From assembly GCA_012295275.1 (NCBI GenBank), contig CM022678.1:372001-436000 (forward strand): a stretch of 64,000 nt of DNA. The letters run 5' to 3'. Below are positions 39,728 through 51,719 of this stretch, piece after piece. Position 1 is the stretch's first letter. Each line of letters starts with the position of its first letter. This DNA comes from Chrysomallon squamiferum (Eukaryota; Animalia; Mollusca). Made by a program: the position numbers and the translations under genes. A model generated the notes under the pieces. That model was not told the DNA's origin. It searched no databases and was given only the letters and a program-made list of their open reading frames with translations.

Positions 39728-39955
39728 CAGGCATGGGCAACCTTTCTCGAGAAGCGGACCACATATGAGACTAATTTAGGCAATTTTGTGTTTTTACGAA
39801 GAGTTTATTTTAAGAAATGTTTCATTTTCATTTACTTCAGGAAATGTTATAATATAAAAATTACTTATGTTTTAGTATATAAGTAGATACAAAATACACT
39901 CATTTGGTAAAATTTGAATTAACGTTATTTTCCTTGTGAAATTAGGCGGGCCCAT
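39728..39955 (+). mobile_element. hAT (Charlie-like) element end fragment
   Basis: CAGGCATGGGCAACCT preceded by CTAGAG resembles a Charlie-type terminus and target; internal GCGGGCC motif at ~39946; no matching right end found. Confidence 0.4.
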
Positions 39956-40327
39956 GATTGCAAATTGAAGATACTTTTATTATTTAAAAAACATGTTGTT
40001 TCTTCAGCTGATGTTTATTTGATGTGTTACAAACAATGTTTATCATATATCAATATTGATAAAGAACTTAACTACTATTGCGGGAAGATAATTAACTAAT
40101 TCTTGAAGAAAATACTCTTTTTTTAAATTATTATTATTGAGATATTTACCTTATATTGTCTTGTTTCTGTAAGTCCTTGTTCCTTCTATCTGCATTCTAA
40201 ATAGTTACATCCAGTAAAGATGATAAAGTAATGCAAGGTTTGTGCATGTGTGATACAAATAATTTTATTACACCAGTTAATTCAGACCTAACATGACTAT
40301 ACTTAATGAGTATAGTACGACTTTGAT

Positions 40328-40362
<35 letters not shown>

Positions 40363-41349
40363 TTGTTTGTATGTTTACGGTCTTTACATATCTGATTTAT
40401 CGTCGGAAAATAAGATTACTGAAATGCAGCAAGGTATTAGATGTTTGACCTGAGCAATAAAACTGGTTACTGCCTTTAGATGACTGATTTAGCCTCGAAA
40501 GATAAAAATGCTGCACTGTATTAGTTAATTCGATATGCTAAGACATTAACCAGTTTATCCTCTTCTTGTGCAATCCTGAATATCGCCAAAAAATAAAACG
40601 AAAATAAATTGTCACTGTAAATGAAGAGCAATGTAGATTTTAAGTAACTTCAGTTTATAGCTTTTTTAAATGAAAACAATTTTTTACTTCGTTTTGTTTT
40701 AGACTTTGAACAAATAACAGAACAATATATATGTGTTTATATATGCACGTATTTGTTCGTGTTTGTGTGTGTGTCTGTACCCGATATAAACGGATTGCAG
40801 TGATCATGAGAAATTTTACTATTACTCAGATGATGTTAAAGTTGTTTACAAATAACTGTAATTTGACGAAAGGAGAAAAAAGAAGTAAAGAAAGAAACAG
40901 AAACAACTTGCATTTACCTGTCACTGATAGATAAGATAATAGAAATATATTATTTATTTATTTATTTATTTATTTATTATTATTATTGTTTACTAACTTT
41001 CAAGATTAACATGAGATATCTGGATGCTAGTGAAGTGAGCTTTATTCAGATACTGAAACAGAAAATTATAAATTGAAAAAAAAAGATAATAAAATTGGAA
41101 AAATAATGTAAAATGAAAATAAATAAATAAATAAATGTGAAACGTATAATGGAATGAAAGATTAGAACACAAAATATGTTTACGAGTTAGTGTATTCAAG
41201 AAAGCTGAATGAAGGTTGAACGTTGTGTGACTGAGAAATCAAATTGAATAATTAAACACAAAAATGTCTGCCCTAAATTCTCAACACTAAAACAGAATAG
41301 TCTTCCTTGCTGGATGTACAACATAAATCTCAATAACAATAATAACTCT

Positions 41350-41386
<37 letters not shown>

Positions 41387-41952
41387 TGTGTGTGTGTGTG
41401 TGTGTGTCTGTGTGTGTGTGTGTGCATGTGTGTGTGTGTTATTTTAAGCTATATATAAGCTTATGATAAGAAAATGTTACATAGCTCGCACTTGTATATG
41501 GCTCATATCTTTCTGAGCAAGTATAAAAACCAGTCTGACAAGCCTGTTACACTTAGAACTGATGTTAAAAGTGTTTCTATTGCAATGAAAGGCACCAGAC
41601 AGACACACTACGTGCAAACGTGTAACGTTTCATCTTACAGGAATATCTACCTAACCTGACGATTCACAGAGCGAGCAGACAGCGTAGAATTTGTGACAGT
41701 TCGTTAACTGACAAGATTCCGGTTTTACTTTGGATCCATAGATAGGGAAACCTAATACTACACTTATTTTATTATATTTTATCACTTTTGCGTTTTCATT
41801 TATAAACAATACATCAATAATTATGAATTAATAAAACTACATTATAGATAAATAAATAAATAATGATTTTTTTAATTATTATAATTTTTTTAGTATATCT
41901 TTTTCATCGAATAATAAAAATTCAAAATGTATGTTTGTATATATAGAAATTG

Positions 41953-42009
<57 letters not shown>

Positions 42010-42262
42010 GAAGCATCTACGGATATGTTGTTCAGTTATGTCATAAAGAAGTCGATAGAGGAATAAATAACTACGAAATAACTGATTATTTAAAAATACA
42101 AAGTTAAGATTAATTGGTTCTGTCAAATGTAAATGCTGATGAAAATTAGTTTATTTAGAAAGTTACGAAAAGTGTAGAATAATTATGATTAGAACTTAAT
42201 AGTTTCAGTATAATATAGTTTCATATTTAGGGCAGATTACTTTTTTCTCTTTTTTTCTTGTA

Positions 42263-42388
42263 TAGTTGTATCATGACTTACGAGTTTAATTGGTGACCGA
42301 GGTCGTAACTCAATTTGCTCTTATATCAAATCGATTTTCCTAAATGAAATTAACTGAAATACCTTTAATCCGTTCCAGGACCCCAAAA

Positions 42389-42426
<38 letters not shown>

Positions 42427-42833
42427 TAACGTGTTTTTAAATAAGAAAAATGTATGTTTAATGACAAATATTGTATAAAAAAAAAAATAAAAGAGAAGTA
42501 CGGCGCTCGTACTGCCTAGCTAAATTGACTACACGCACACCTGGTTCATGTTCTTCTGATTTCATGCTTTAATTCAATGGACATCATCCGCTTCTTCTTC
42601 TCACACTGTCCTGTGCTCTCACTTTCTTAAATTTGGAAATTTGGCAAAATACTGCACACAACGCGAGCACAGCACAACAGAGATGCTTCCTACGTGAAGC
42701 AAACGAGTGAGACGCGGGATGCTGGGCGGACGTTGTGTTTGTTCGTTGCGCCAATTAGCGATGGCGTATCTGAAGTTCGCCCGTAGCTCGGATTTAGACT
42801 CACAACTCACAGCAATAACTCGAGGTACTACTT
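42263..42833. mobile_element. Degraded pogo/Tigger-like non-autonomous element
   Basis: Left end TAGTTGTATCATGACTTACGAGTTTAATT...TCGTAACTCAATTTGCTC...TTAATCCGTTCCAG and right end TAACTCGAGGTACTACT resemble CAGTRGTACCTCGA-type TIRs. Confidence 0.6.
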
Positions 42834-42897
42834 CATTTGTTTATTTATGTTTTAATTATTTTTATTTTTATTTTATTTATTTATTTATTTATTTATT

Positions 42898-42931
<34 letters not shown>

Positions 42932-43242
42932 TGTTTGTTTGTTGTTGTTATTTTTGTTCTTGTTTTTGTTGTTGTCCTTTTTTTCTTCTTCTTCTTCTAG
43001 ATTATTTTAATGTGGAATTTTGTCTCATTAAATATCTCGACTTTATTAAATGAAAATTTAATTTTTTATTAAATTACATCCCTACGATAAATTAAATCAA
43101 CGGATAAATACTACGATACAAATATCTTTTGTAAAAGTTTGGGATAAGAGATCATTTTTACGTGCTCTAACAGATCAAATAAAATATTGTTTCTGTGTTC
43201 AGAAAGTGTTTTAAAATTTATTTCATTATTTATTAAAAAAAT

Positions 43243-43285
<43 letters not shown>

Positions 43286-43710
43286 AACGAATATTATTTA
43301 TCATATTCAGAAGCCATTAATTTCATGTTTCATCCCAGTTTTGAAATTTATTAGCCGGAGCTTGCCCTCGGACACATGCATAAATTTCGAATTGTCGTCG
43401 TACTGCGCAGCTGCCCGAAAGACCTGAATCAGTTGAAACGTTTTTCCCAGCTCAGCACAGACACACTTTTGTTGAGAAGAACATGCAATGTATACCACAA
43501 TAACGAGTAACATTTCCCATTTCCAATGTGCACTGTTTGTTTTGTGCGGATTAAAGTGTGTGGTTTTTAATGATTAGAAATGAACTTTGACATCGATCAG
43601 TGTTCTCACTAAACAAGTGGATGGGAATGTGTTCTGAAGTGAAGTACAAGAGATCACACTGAAAACAATAGAACGAAGCAATGCATAAATAGCAAAGAGT
43701 ACTAACAATT

Positions 43711-43776
<66 letters not shown>

Positions 43777-44033
43777 TATTATTATTATTATTATTATTAT
43801 TATTTTTTTTTTTTTTTTTTTCGTTTTGTTGTCCTACTCTTGTTCAAATATACTGATAATGTTTGTTCGAGCAAGCTAATGTTAGTGATATCAAGGGATT
43901 TAAATATTAATCGCCATGTTGAGGATTTTAATCAGTTAATATTTGTTTTCAGCTTATATTTCAGTTCAGTCTGTTAAATAATTACATACGTCTTCATCAA
44001 ATAATAATAATAATGGCGATGATGATGATGATG

Positions 44034-44107
<74 letters not shown>

Positions 44108-44333
44108 AAGAAGAAGAAGAAGAAAGCTGAAGGAAATGAAAAGCTTTTTGGTGAGATCTGATAAATTGCCACATGTTGAAAGTTAGCAGATGTCAAATGG
44201 TTGCATGCGGAAACTGGATAATCCTCAAGAACTTCATAATTCGCTTGAGAAAAACGAACTAAAATGTTCTTTTATCATATTGCTCTGTCAGAACATGTCA
44301 GCGAAGTGTTCTGTGTTTTACCCTGCATGTGAG

Positions 44334-44888
44334 CTGAACTCAGTCATTTCACCCCACCCCAAGTCACCTACAGCTTTGTGTGTTGAAGTGTACATTGTCA
44401 GCTCTTTACGTGGCTATTTCCATTCTGAACTCAGTCATTTCACCCCACCCCAAGTCACCTACAGCTTTGTGTTTTGAAGTGTACATTGTCAGCTCTTTAC
44501 GTGGCTATTTCCATTCTGAACTCAGTCATTTCACCCCACCCCAAGTCACCTACAGCTTTGTGTTTTGAAGTGTACATTGTCAGCTCTTTACGTGGCTATT
44601 TCCATTCTGAACTCAGTCATTTCACCCCACCCCAAGTCACCTACAGCTTTGTGTTTTGAAGTGTACATTGTCAGCTCTTTTACGTGGCTATTTCCATTCT
44701 GAACTCAGTCATTTCACCCCCCACCCCAAGTCACCTACAGCTTTGTGTTTTGAAGTGTACATTGTCAGCTCTTTACGTGGCTATTTCCATTCTGAACTCA
44801 GTCATTTCACCCCACCCCAAGTCACCTACAGCTTTGTGTTTTGAAGTGTACATTGTCAGCTCTTTACGTGGCTATTTCCATTCTGAAC
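44334..44888. repeat. 91-bp tandem repeat, 6 near-identical copies
   Basis: Units start at 44334, 44425, 44516, 44607, 44699 and 44792; differences are one substitution and homopolymer indels. Confidence 0.97.
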
Positions 44889-45012
44889 GCAATGCTGAAT
44901 CATAATTAGGTATTTTATTGTATTTCAAAGTATTGACTCTTTAAATCATGTTCAATTTCTGGGCCAATTTAGGTGAGCTGCTATCTCAGATTTAAGCAAG
45001 GAATGAAACTAG

Positions 45013-45048
<36 letters not shown>

Positions 45049-45261
45049 AAATGAAATGAAATTAAATTAAATTAAATAAATAAATAAATAAACAATATCT
45101 TTATATTAAATGATTAAAATATCTAAAATTTCACGCCTCTATATATAAACTTGAGGCATATATTTTTAAACGGTGAGTATTGTTAAATACTTTTTTTTTT
45201 CTTCATTTTACTGAAAAATTAGAGAACATTATCAACCATAACTGTTGTGTAAATAAAGAGA

Positions 45262-45380
45262 CAGGGTTCGTACGTGTTTTCGAAAGTCTTGGAAATTCCT
45301 CACGGTATTTTCCAGGACCTTAAAAGTTTTGGAAAATCAGGTTTTGTTACCTTAGCTATGGAAAAGTAATGGAAAATTAT
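45262..45380 (+). mobile_element. Probable DNA transposon (hAT-like) terminus
   Basis: CAGGGTTCGTACG start followed by repeated TGGAAA(A) subterminal motifs; other end not located. Confidence 0.4.
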
Positions 45381-48072
45381 GTCCTTGCCGTAAGTAAAAT
45401 TTAAGAAAAACTGGTTTCTTTCACCAATATTTAGCCCCGATCCAGCGCCCCGTTTACGCCTGTATAATGAGGTGCCGTTATAGCCTAGTCAAAGAAAATG
45501 GTTCCGATTTGGTAGTGGTCCCGTTTTAACCTGATCCGGAAAAATTAACTCAGGCTATCTGCGCTTGCGCAGAAAATGCGTATTGCTAAAAACAATAGTA
45601 TTTCGTTGTCGGTATTCCATTTTTTTAAAATCTGTTAATTATCAACAGTAGGTTATACTTGTTGCAAACGTCCGTCAGTCTGGCAGAGTAGACTTCTTGT
45701 GAAAGTGCTAAGTTGTTAGTGTAATTGATTACAACCCTGATACGTGTATATCGTTCCATTGTGTACTTTTCGTATCAGCGACAATCAGCGGTTCAACCAG
45801 TTCAGGTTTCTAAATGCAGTAGCACATGCTACTTACAGAAACGGCTTATACAATATTGGAAACTGAAAATCATGTATAAACCGCCCCCTCCGATATTTTT
45901 CATTTACGGTTAGGGTTTAGAGCGATGAATAGAGATGGAAACGTCTTAATGTACTCAGTGTTTTGATATTACTGGGAAAACAATCTCAGCCTGATGGTGA
46001 GCGCCACAAGAAACGTGTGACAAGTCTGCATTTGACATGATCCCTCGTTGGCGGCTGCCTGGACAACTGGCAACAAATACATGTCTCTATAGACACACAT
46101 GATGTATGTATGTCAAATTTATGTTTTTAATCTTATATCACTGAAGGCTAAGACTGTATGAAAAGTTTTACCTTTTGCTTTCTCCGTTAAATTTATCAGA
46201 CATTTACAATGTTGCAGATACATTAACTTTTTCAAATAATATTTGGTTTTCTTCTGCAGAGTTTATGGGCTGTTTGAAAGAATTCATCCTGTTCTTTCTT
46301 GCAAAACATACAGCAATTCTGCGTACAGACCTTTGATTGGCTTTAACTGTCATTGTGAAAGTGAAGAAGATAACTGTCTAATTATTAAAGAAGATGCTCC
46401 TTTCATTAAACTGTTATTCTAGAGTTATTTCCCTTATAGGTTTTGTTTCTGTTGTCCTTGTTTCTTCTCTCTGCGTTCTATATGTACGTGCATGGAACTT
46501 TGAATATAAACACATGTATCCAGTGTCCATTCAAGTCTGATATAAATAAGTTTTAGACCTGTCATTTTAGTTGAACCACAGCAGTAAACTTAATTAGTGA
46601 AATAGAATGATCTTATAAGTTGTCACTGTTCATATGTATATATGACACACACATATACAGACACACACAGACACATACATACATATATATACACGTACAC
46701 ACACATAGACACATATACATGCACACACATATACAGACACAGACACATATATACATATATATATATATACACATACACACACAGACACATATACATACAC
46801 ACACATACACATATACATGCACACACATACATACACATACACACACAGACATACATACATACATAGGGAATAACTGTTTACTTATATAATATGTCTGCAA
46901 AAGTAAGAATACCAAACTACAATACGGCTTTCAAAATTCGACCTGAACATTATAAAGCTGATATATTAAGACAGTAACCATTTGTTTCTTTTTATGTGCA
47001 ATCCTAAATAAAACAAAAATTGGATTGTCATAGATAACTATTCTTTAGATAACTATTTTAGATAACTATTCTTTGTTATTATTTTTTTTTTAAATGAAAA
47101 CTGTTTTCAAAATGGTATTTTAAGACCTGAACCAGCAGTAAAATATTAAAGAAGTAACTGCGAACACCATATCTTTGTGTATGTGTGTCTGTAAATACTT
47201 AATTTGTCAAAGTAAACATATAATCATCATGAAGAGATATATTTTTTGTCAGTACTTAAAAATAAATTCATCTAGCCTCTATGTACTGTCAAATCTGTTT
47301 ATATTGCTGATGTTATTGTTACAACAGGTTTGGTAATAATAAATTACTACATACTAAAACCTCAATACTAGACCCAAGATACCATAATGCTTGCCTGCTC
47401 AGTAGTCCTAGCGACTAGTAATACTATACTGAGTTATAAAACATATGTTTTGGTTTGTTTGTTGTTGTTGTTGTTGTTGGTTCTTGTTTTTTTTTCTTCA
47501 ATTTTTGTTTCATTTTTTTAATGACTTATAATCTAGTATTAACAAATGAATTAATAATAACAACAATAATTATAGTAACAATAATAGTTTTAGTCACACA
47601 CATGTAATTTACCTTTATAAGTCTTAGATAAATTGCAATGCTACATATATGCACATACAATAGATGACCCATAAAAAGACAGTACACACAAGCACATTGC
47701 CTTTCTCTATGTAGTTATTTTGATTTTCTCCCTATCTAGTTCATTTTATTTTCTTGATATCTATGTATTTGGATTTCCTCAGTACAGAAGAGCTTTTGCA
47801 AAAAAAAAAAATCAATAAAAATAACGTTGTAGTAACTGACAAATTTCCTTTTTATTAACTGAAATTCTGTGTAGTAAGATGTCAACTAATTCATCTGTGA
47901 AATTAAACACACCAACAATTTTGATATGGAAAGACTTCCAAGACTGTTTGAGAAAAGAACATTTTTATTGTATATTTTATGTATTTTGTTTCATTTTCTA
48001 AATGAAAATTGACACCTGTATTAATGAAACATAAAATCTGAAAACATCTGTTTTGTTTTGTTCTGTTGACAG

Positions 48073-48157
48073 GACTGAAGAGTTGCATGATCAGTGACAG
48101 ACAACTGGTTTAACTTACAACAGCTAAAATCTAAAGATGGGTTAAAGTGAGTTGTAA
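48073..48157 (+). other. Putative 85-nt 5'UTR exon, copy 1
   Basis: Pyrimidine tract + GACAG acceptor and GTAAGT donor; duplicated at 48814-48898. Confidence 0.55.
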
Positions 48158-48813
48158 GTAAGTAAATGTTTTGAGAGTAAGGTATTCATGTGTATATGTG
48201 ATTCAGCAGTAAGTTTTATAATGAACAACAACAAACAGAGGTGAGGAATAATTCAGTAAATTATTTATAAATGTGAATTCATCTCTGTTAAACTTATATT
48301 TATGTCTCTAAATCACAGCAGAGATTCACTCAGTATTTTATGAAGAGTATGTTTTCACCTGGTTCAGATACAAAATGGTTATACAAATCTATTTGATTGT
48401 CAAACTTGTGAAATCAGGTAATTTTTCCACTGAGAACAGAGGTGGGCATGTTATCTTATTAAAAATATACTAGCAAATTGTGCTGATCTATAATTTTTAT
48501 TGCTTTATATTTGATTCGCATAATTTTGTTTTGTAAACTAACCAGATCCATGTATATTGATAATAAAAAATTGTATTTTTGCATCAGTTTTCAGTCTGTT
48601 GATGATTTTTGATACTTTGAAAAATGACAGTTATAATGGATTTATTTTTTATTTTATTAACTTTTTTTCCATGGCTTTTAATTCTTCTCTTTTTTTAAAT
48701 TATAGTCAGTTACATAACAGAAAGTCTTTTATAATAATAATAAAAAAATGTATTACTTGACAATATTAATTTAAGAAAGGTAAATCAGTGTGTAAGTTTT
48801 GTACTGTTGACAG

Positions 48814-48898
48814 GACTGAAGAGTTGTATGGTCAGTGACAGACAACTGGTTTAACATACAGAAGCTAGTGTTTAGAAATGGGTTAAACTGAACTGGAA
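48814..48898 (+). other. Putative 85-nt 5'UTR exon, copy 2
   Basis: Same length and splice sites as copy 1; similarity falls off quickly outside the exon. Confidence 0.55.
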
Positions 48899-49443
48899 GT
48901 AAGTAAGTGTTCTTGATTAAATTTGATTAAATTAGTTACATTTACACACAAACAGAAGTATAAACAAACACAGTCAAATTAAAGTGTAATAAATGTGACA
49001 GTCATGACAAATTAAAACAGTTTAATATTATAAATGTACAATGTACAGAGAAAGTCTGATGTAACTTCAGGAAAATCAAACATGAAAGTATGTATGCACT
49101 TTAAATAAGATAAATTAGACTGTAACTTATTTAACTGAATTCTGATGATGTGATTTTACATGTGTTATCGCTATTAAGTGGTTAGAATTAGATTTTGACT
49201 TTTCTTTGTGTATGCACACTGATCAACATGTTTTCACTATGAAAAATGTGTTAAATGTAAAGCTGATGTCCTTAAACCTAAATTAATATGCAGTAATTTT
49301 CATGGACTCTTGTTATATTGCACACATTTAGTCATTTCCAGTGATTTTATACAAATGTTCTGTTGATATCTTTCATGTGTATTTGTAATGTGTAGAAAAA
49401 TTTGAAGTAACACTAGTAAATCTCTGTGTGTTTCAGGTTGACT

Positions 49444-49559
49444 ATGTCTACTCGACAAAGCAGCAGAACAGCTGAGAAACACAGCAACCCAGACACAGAA
49501 CCTGGCCCAGTGAGCCCATCACCACCTCAGAACAAGAAAAAAAACAAATCCAAAACACG
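49444..49559 (+). CDS. STAND-ankyrin gene, first coding exon (MSTRQSSRTAEKHSNPDTEPGPVSPSPPQNKKKNKSKT)
   Basis: TTTCAG acceptor ending at 49436, ATG at 49444, open frame to a GTAATT donor at 49560 (phase 2); GC-richer than the flanks. Confidence 0.7.
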
Positions 49560-50856
49560 GTAATTAATTACAACGAAGTTTTTTATCAACAGCATTGTGA
49601 TCACTGCTTTCACATCCATTTTTATATAAAAACTCATAGTAATATTAGCCTTTTATTATTTAAACAAATATTTTAATAATTTATTTTCATAAAAAATTAA
49701 AAACTACAGTATACAAAGCTACAGTATCACTATGAGCATCACTTATATAACATAATTTAGTACAGTTGACAAAACTAAGAATATAACTTAGTAAAACTAT
49801 TCACCTGTTATTTTGATAAGTAAAAATATAACTTGGTAAAAATATTCAGAAGTTATATTTATGTATTATTTTTATAACATAATTTAGTACATTGACAAAA
49901 CAAAGAATTATAACTTAGTAAAACTAATGAGAAATTAAAGTTTTATTGCTTATGTAGCATATTTCACTAATAAGACAGACAAGACTAAGATTGATTGGGT
50001 TTGATTCTAATGTTATTTATATGAATCCATGCATGAATCTGAATCCTGAACTGTGAAGTGACCCATGTGTGATTGTTCTATATGTTTTAAACATTATTAT
50101 TTACAAATTGTTATATCTCAACTGAAAAATATTTTTTCAAGAAATAATATGCTTGAAGTTTCAAAATCAAACTACTATATATCTTAGCACAACTATTGTG
50201 ATAATTATATTTACTACAAACCTAAAATCCAACTTAGAATAACTTTTGTATAATTATTATATTTATTATAAATAGTACATATATTGTGATCATTATTACA
50301 TTTACTATGAAACTAAGGTATAAAATAATATAACTATTGTATCAGTTATTATATTTACAAAACTGCTACTTAGAAAACGTCCTACAAATGCTTTGTAATA
50401 ATTATCAGTTAATTGTTAGAAAATGTTTCGAATGAACTGATTATAATATGATGTAAGAGTAATTAATTACAACAGTATTAAGTTTTCTCATTGGCAGTGA
50501 GGTGTTAATTGTGTTTTCATGACTATTTTTATATAACAATCTCACCACTGTTTAGAAAATGAGGACTTTTATTAAAACTTACTTAGCTTCTGATATTTTA
50601 TAACAATATTTCAGGAATATATTTATGGAACAAAAGCAATTTTCATTTTAGCAGTGTATATACTGTCTGGGTAGGTTTAAATGAAATATCACTTGTTGTT
50701 CATGAGAAAGAATATACCATGAAGTGGGTTTCATTTGTTTTTTATTTTATTTTTAATCTGAATTTTGCTTTATCTTATGTAGCAGTGAATAGAATACATT
50801 GGAAATTTTTGTTTTTCTTTCTTCTGTTTTGAAAATCATTATATTATTTTTTACAG

Positions 50857-50930
50857 CTCAACCAACAAGAAAGACAGAAAAAAGAGTTCACAAATTTCAT
50901 CTAACGTTACAGATATGTCTTCCTCAGAGA
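50857..50930 (+). CDS. STAND-ankyrin gene, second coding exon (STNKKDRKKSSQISSNVTDMSSSE)
   Basis: TTTTTTACAG acceptor and GTATGA donor; 74 nt, enters in phase 2 and leaves in phase 1, compatible with both neighbouring exons. Confidence 0.65.
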
Positions 50931-51719
50931 GTATGACAAAATTATTTGTATCTTTAATAATGAAATATTTCAATTCTTGTTTATGTTTTGTTTTAATTTT
51001 TGTTAGGCTTTGAAATGTGACACTTTTTAATTTTATATTTAATAAAATATTTTTTTTAAATTTAATTTTATTGTTTATTCTGATGAATAAAACTGCATTA
51101 ATAGTGTAAATTGTCATGATCACTTTAATCATTTTCTTTTACTTTTACTGATCATCAACACAACCAGTGGTAAACACAGTGTAAATAACATACTTGTTTT
51201 ATTTTTTGGATATTATTTCAGAAAAAAAAAACCGAACGTTTTCTTTTCTCTAGATGTTTAGTAATAACATACAGTATCAAATGTTAAAATGATTTTTTTA
51301 TTAAACTTTATTATTATTATTAACATTAATTAAAGAACACTATTTGTTTTAATTAAACACTTATTCTTAATAATTATTATTATTATTATTATTTTATTAT
51401 TATTATTATTATTTGTCATATCATTTATTATTCTTTTATTATTATTATTATTATTTTAGCAAAGACTTTGGACAATTTCCAAATAAATTCATAAATAACA
51501 AAATAATCATCTCGTTACTTTTACACCATCTAAAATTGTGACAACTTTTTATCTTTATTAAATTCTGCTGAACTAAACTTATGAAATAAACTATAGCATT
51601 TTTCTTTTAAGAACTTCATCTCTGATAACCAGTTAAAAATTATATTATTTATATCTAAATGGTAAAATATGTTCAAAATAATTAATAGTAGATGGGGTTT
51701 TTTTAATGCTGTGATACAG

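Noticed and set aside
44334-44888. CRISPR-like array
   Set aside because: Whole units are identical with no variable spacers, no cas genes, eukaryotic context.
45560-45571. NRF1-like TGCGCTTGCGCA as the STAND gene promoter
   Set aside because: A single motif, possibly inside a transposon fragment; no exon link can be shown from sequence.
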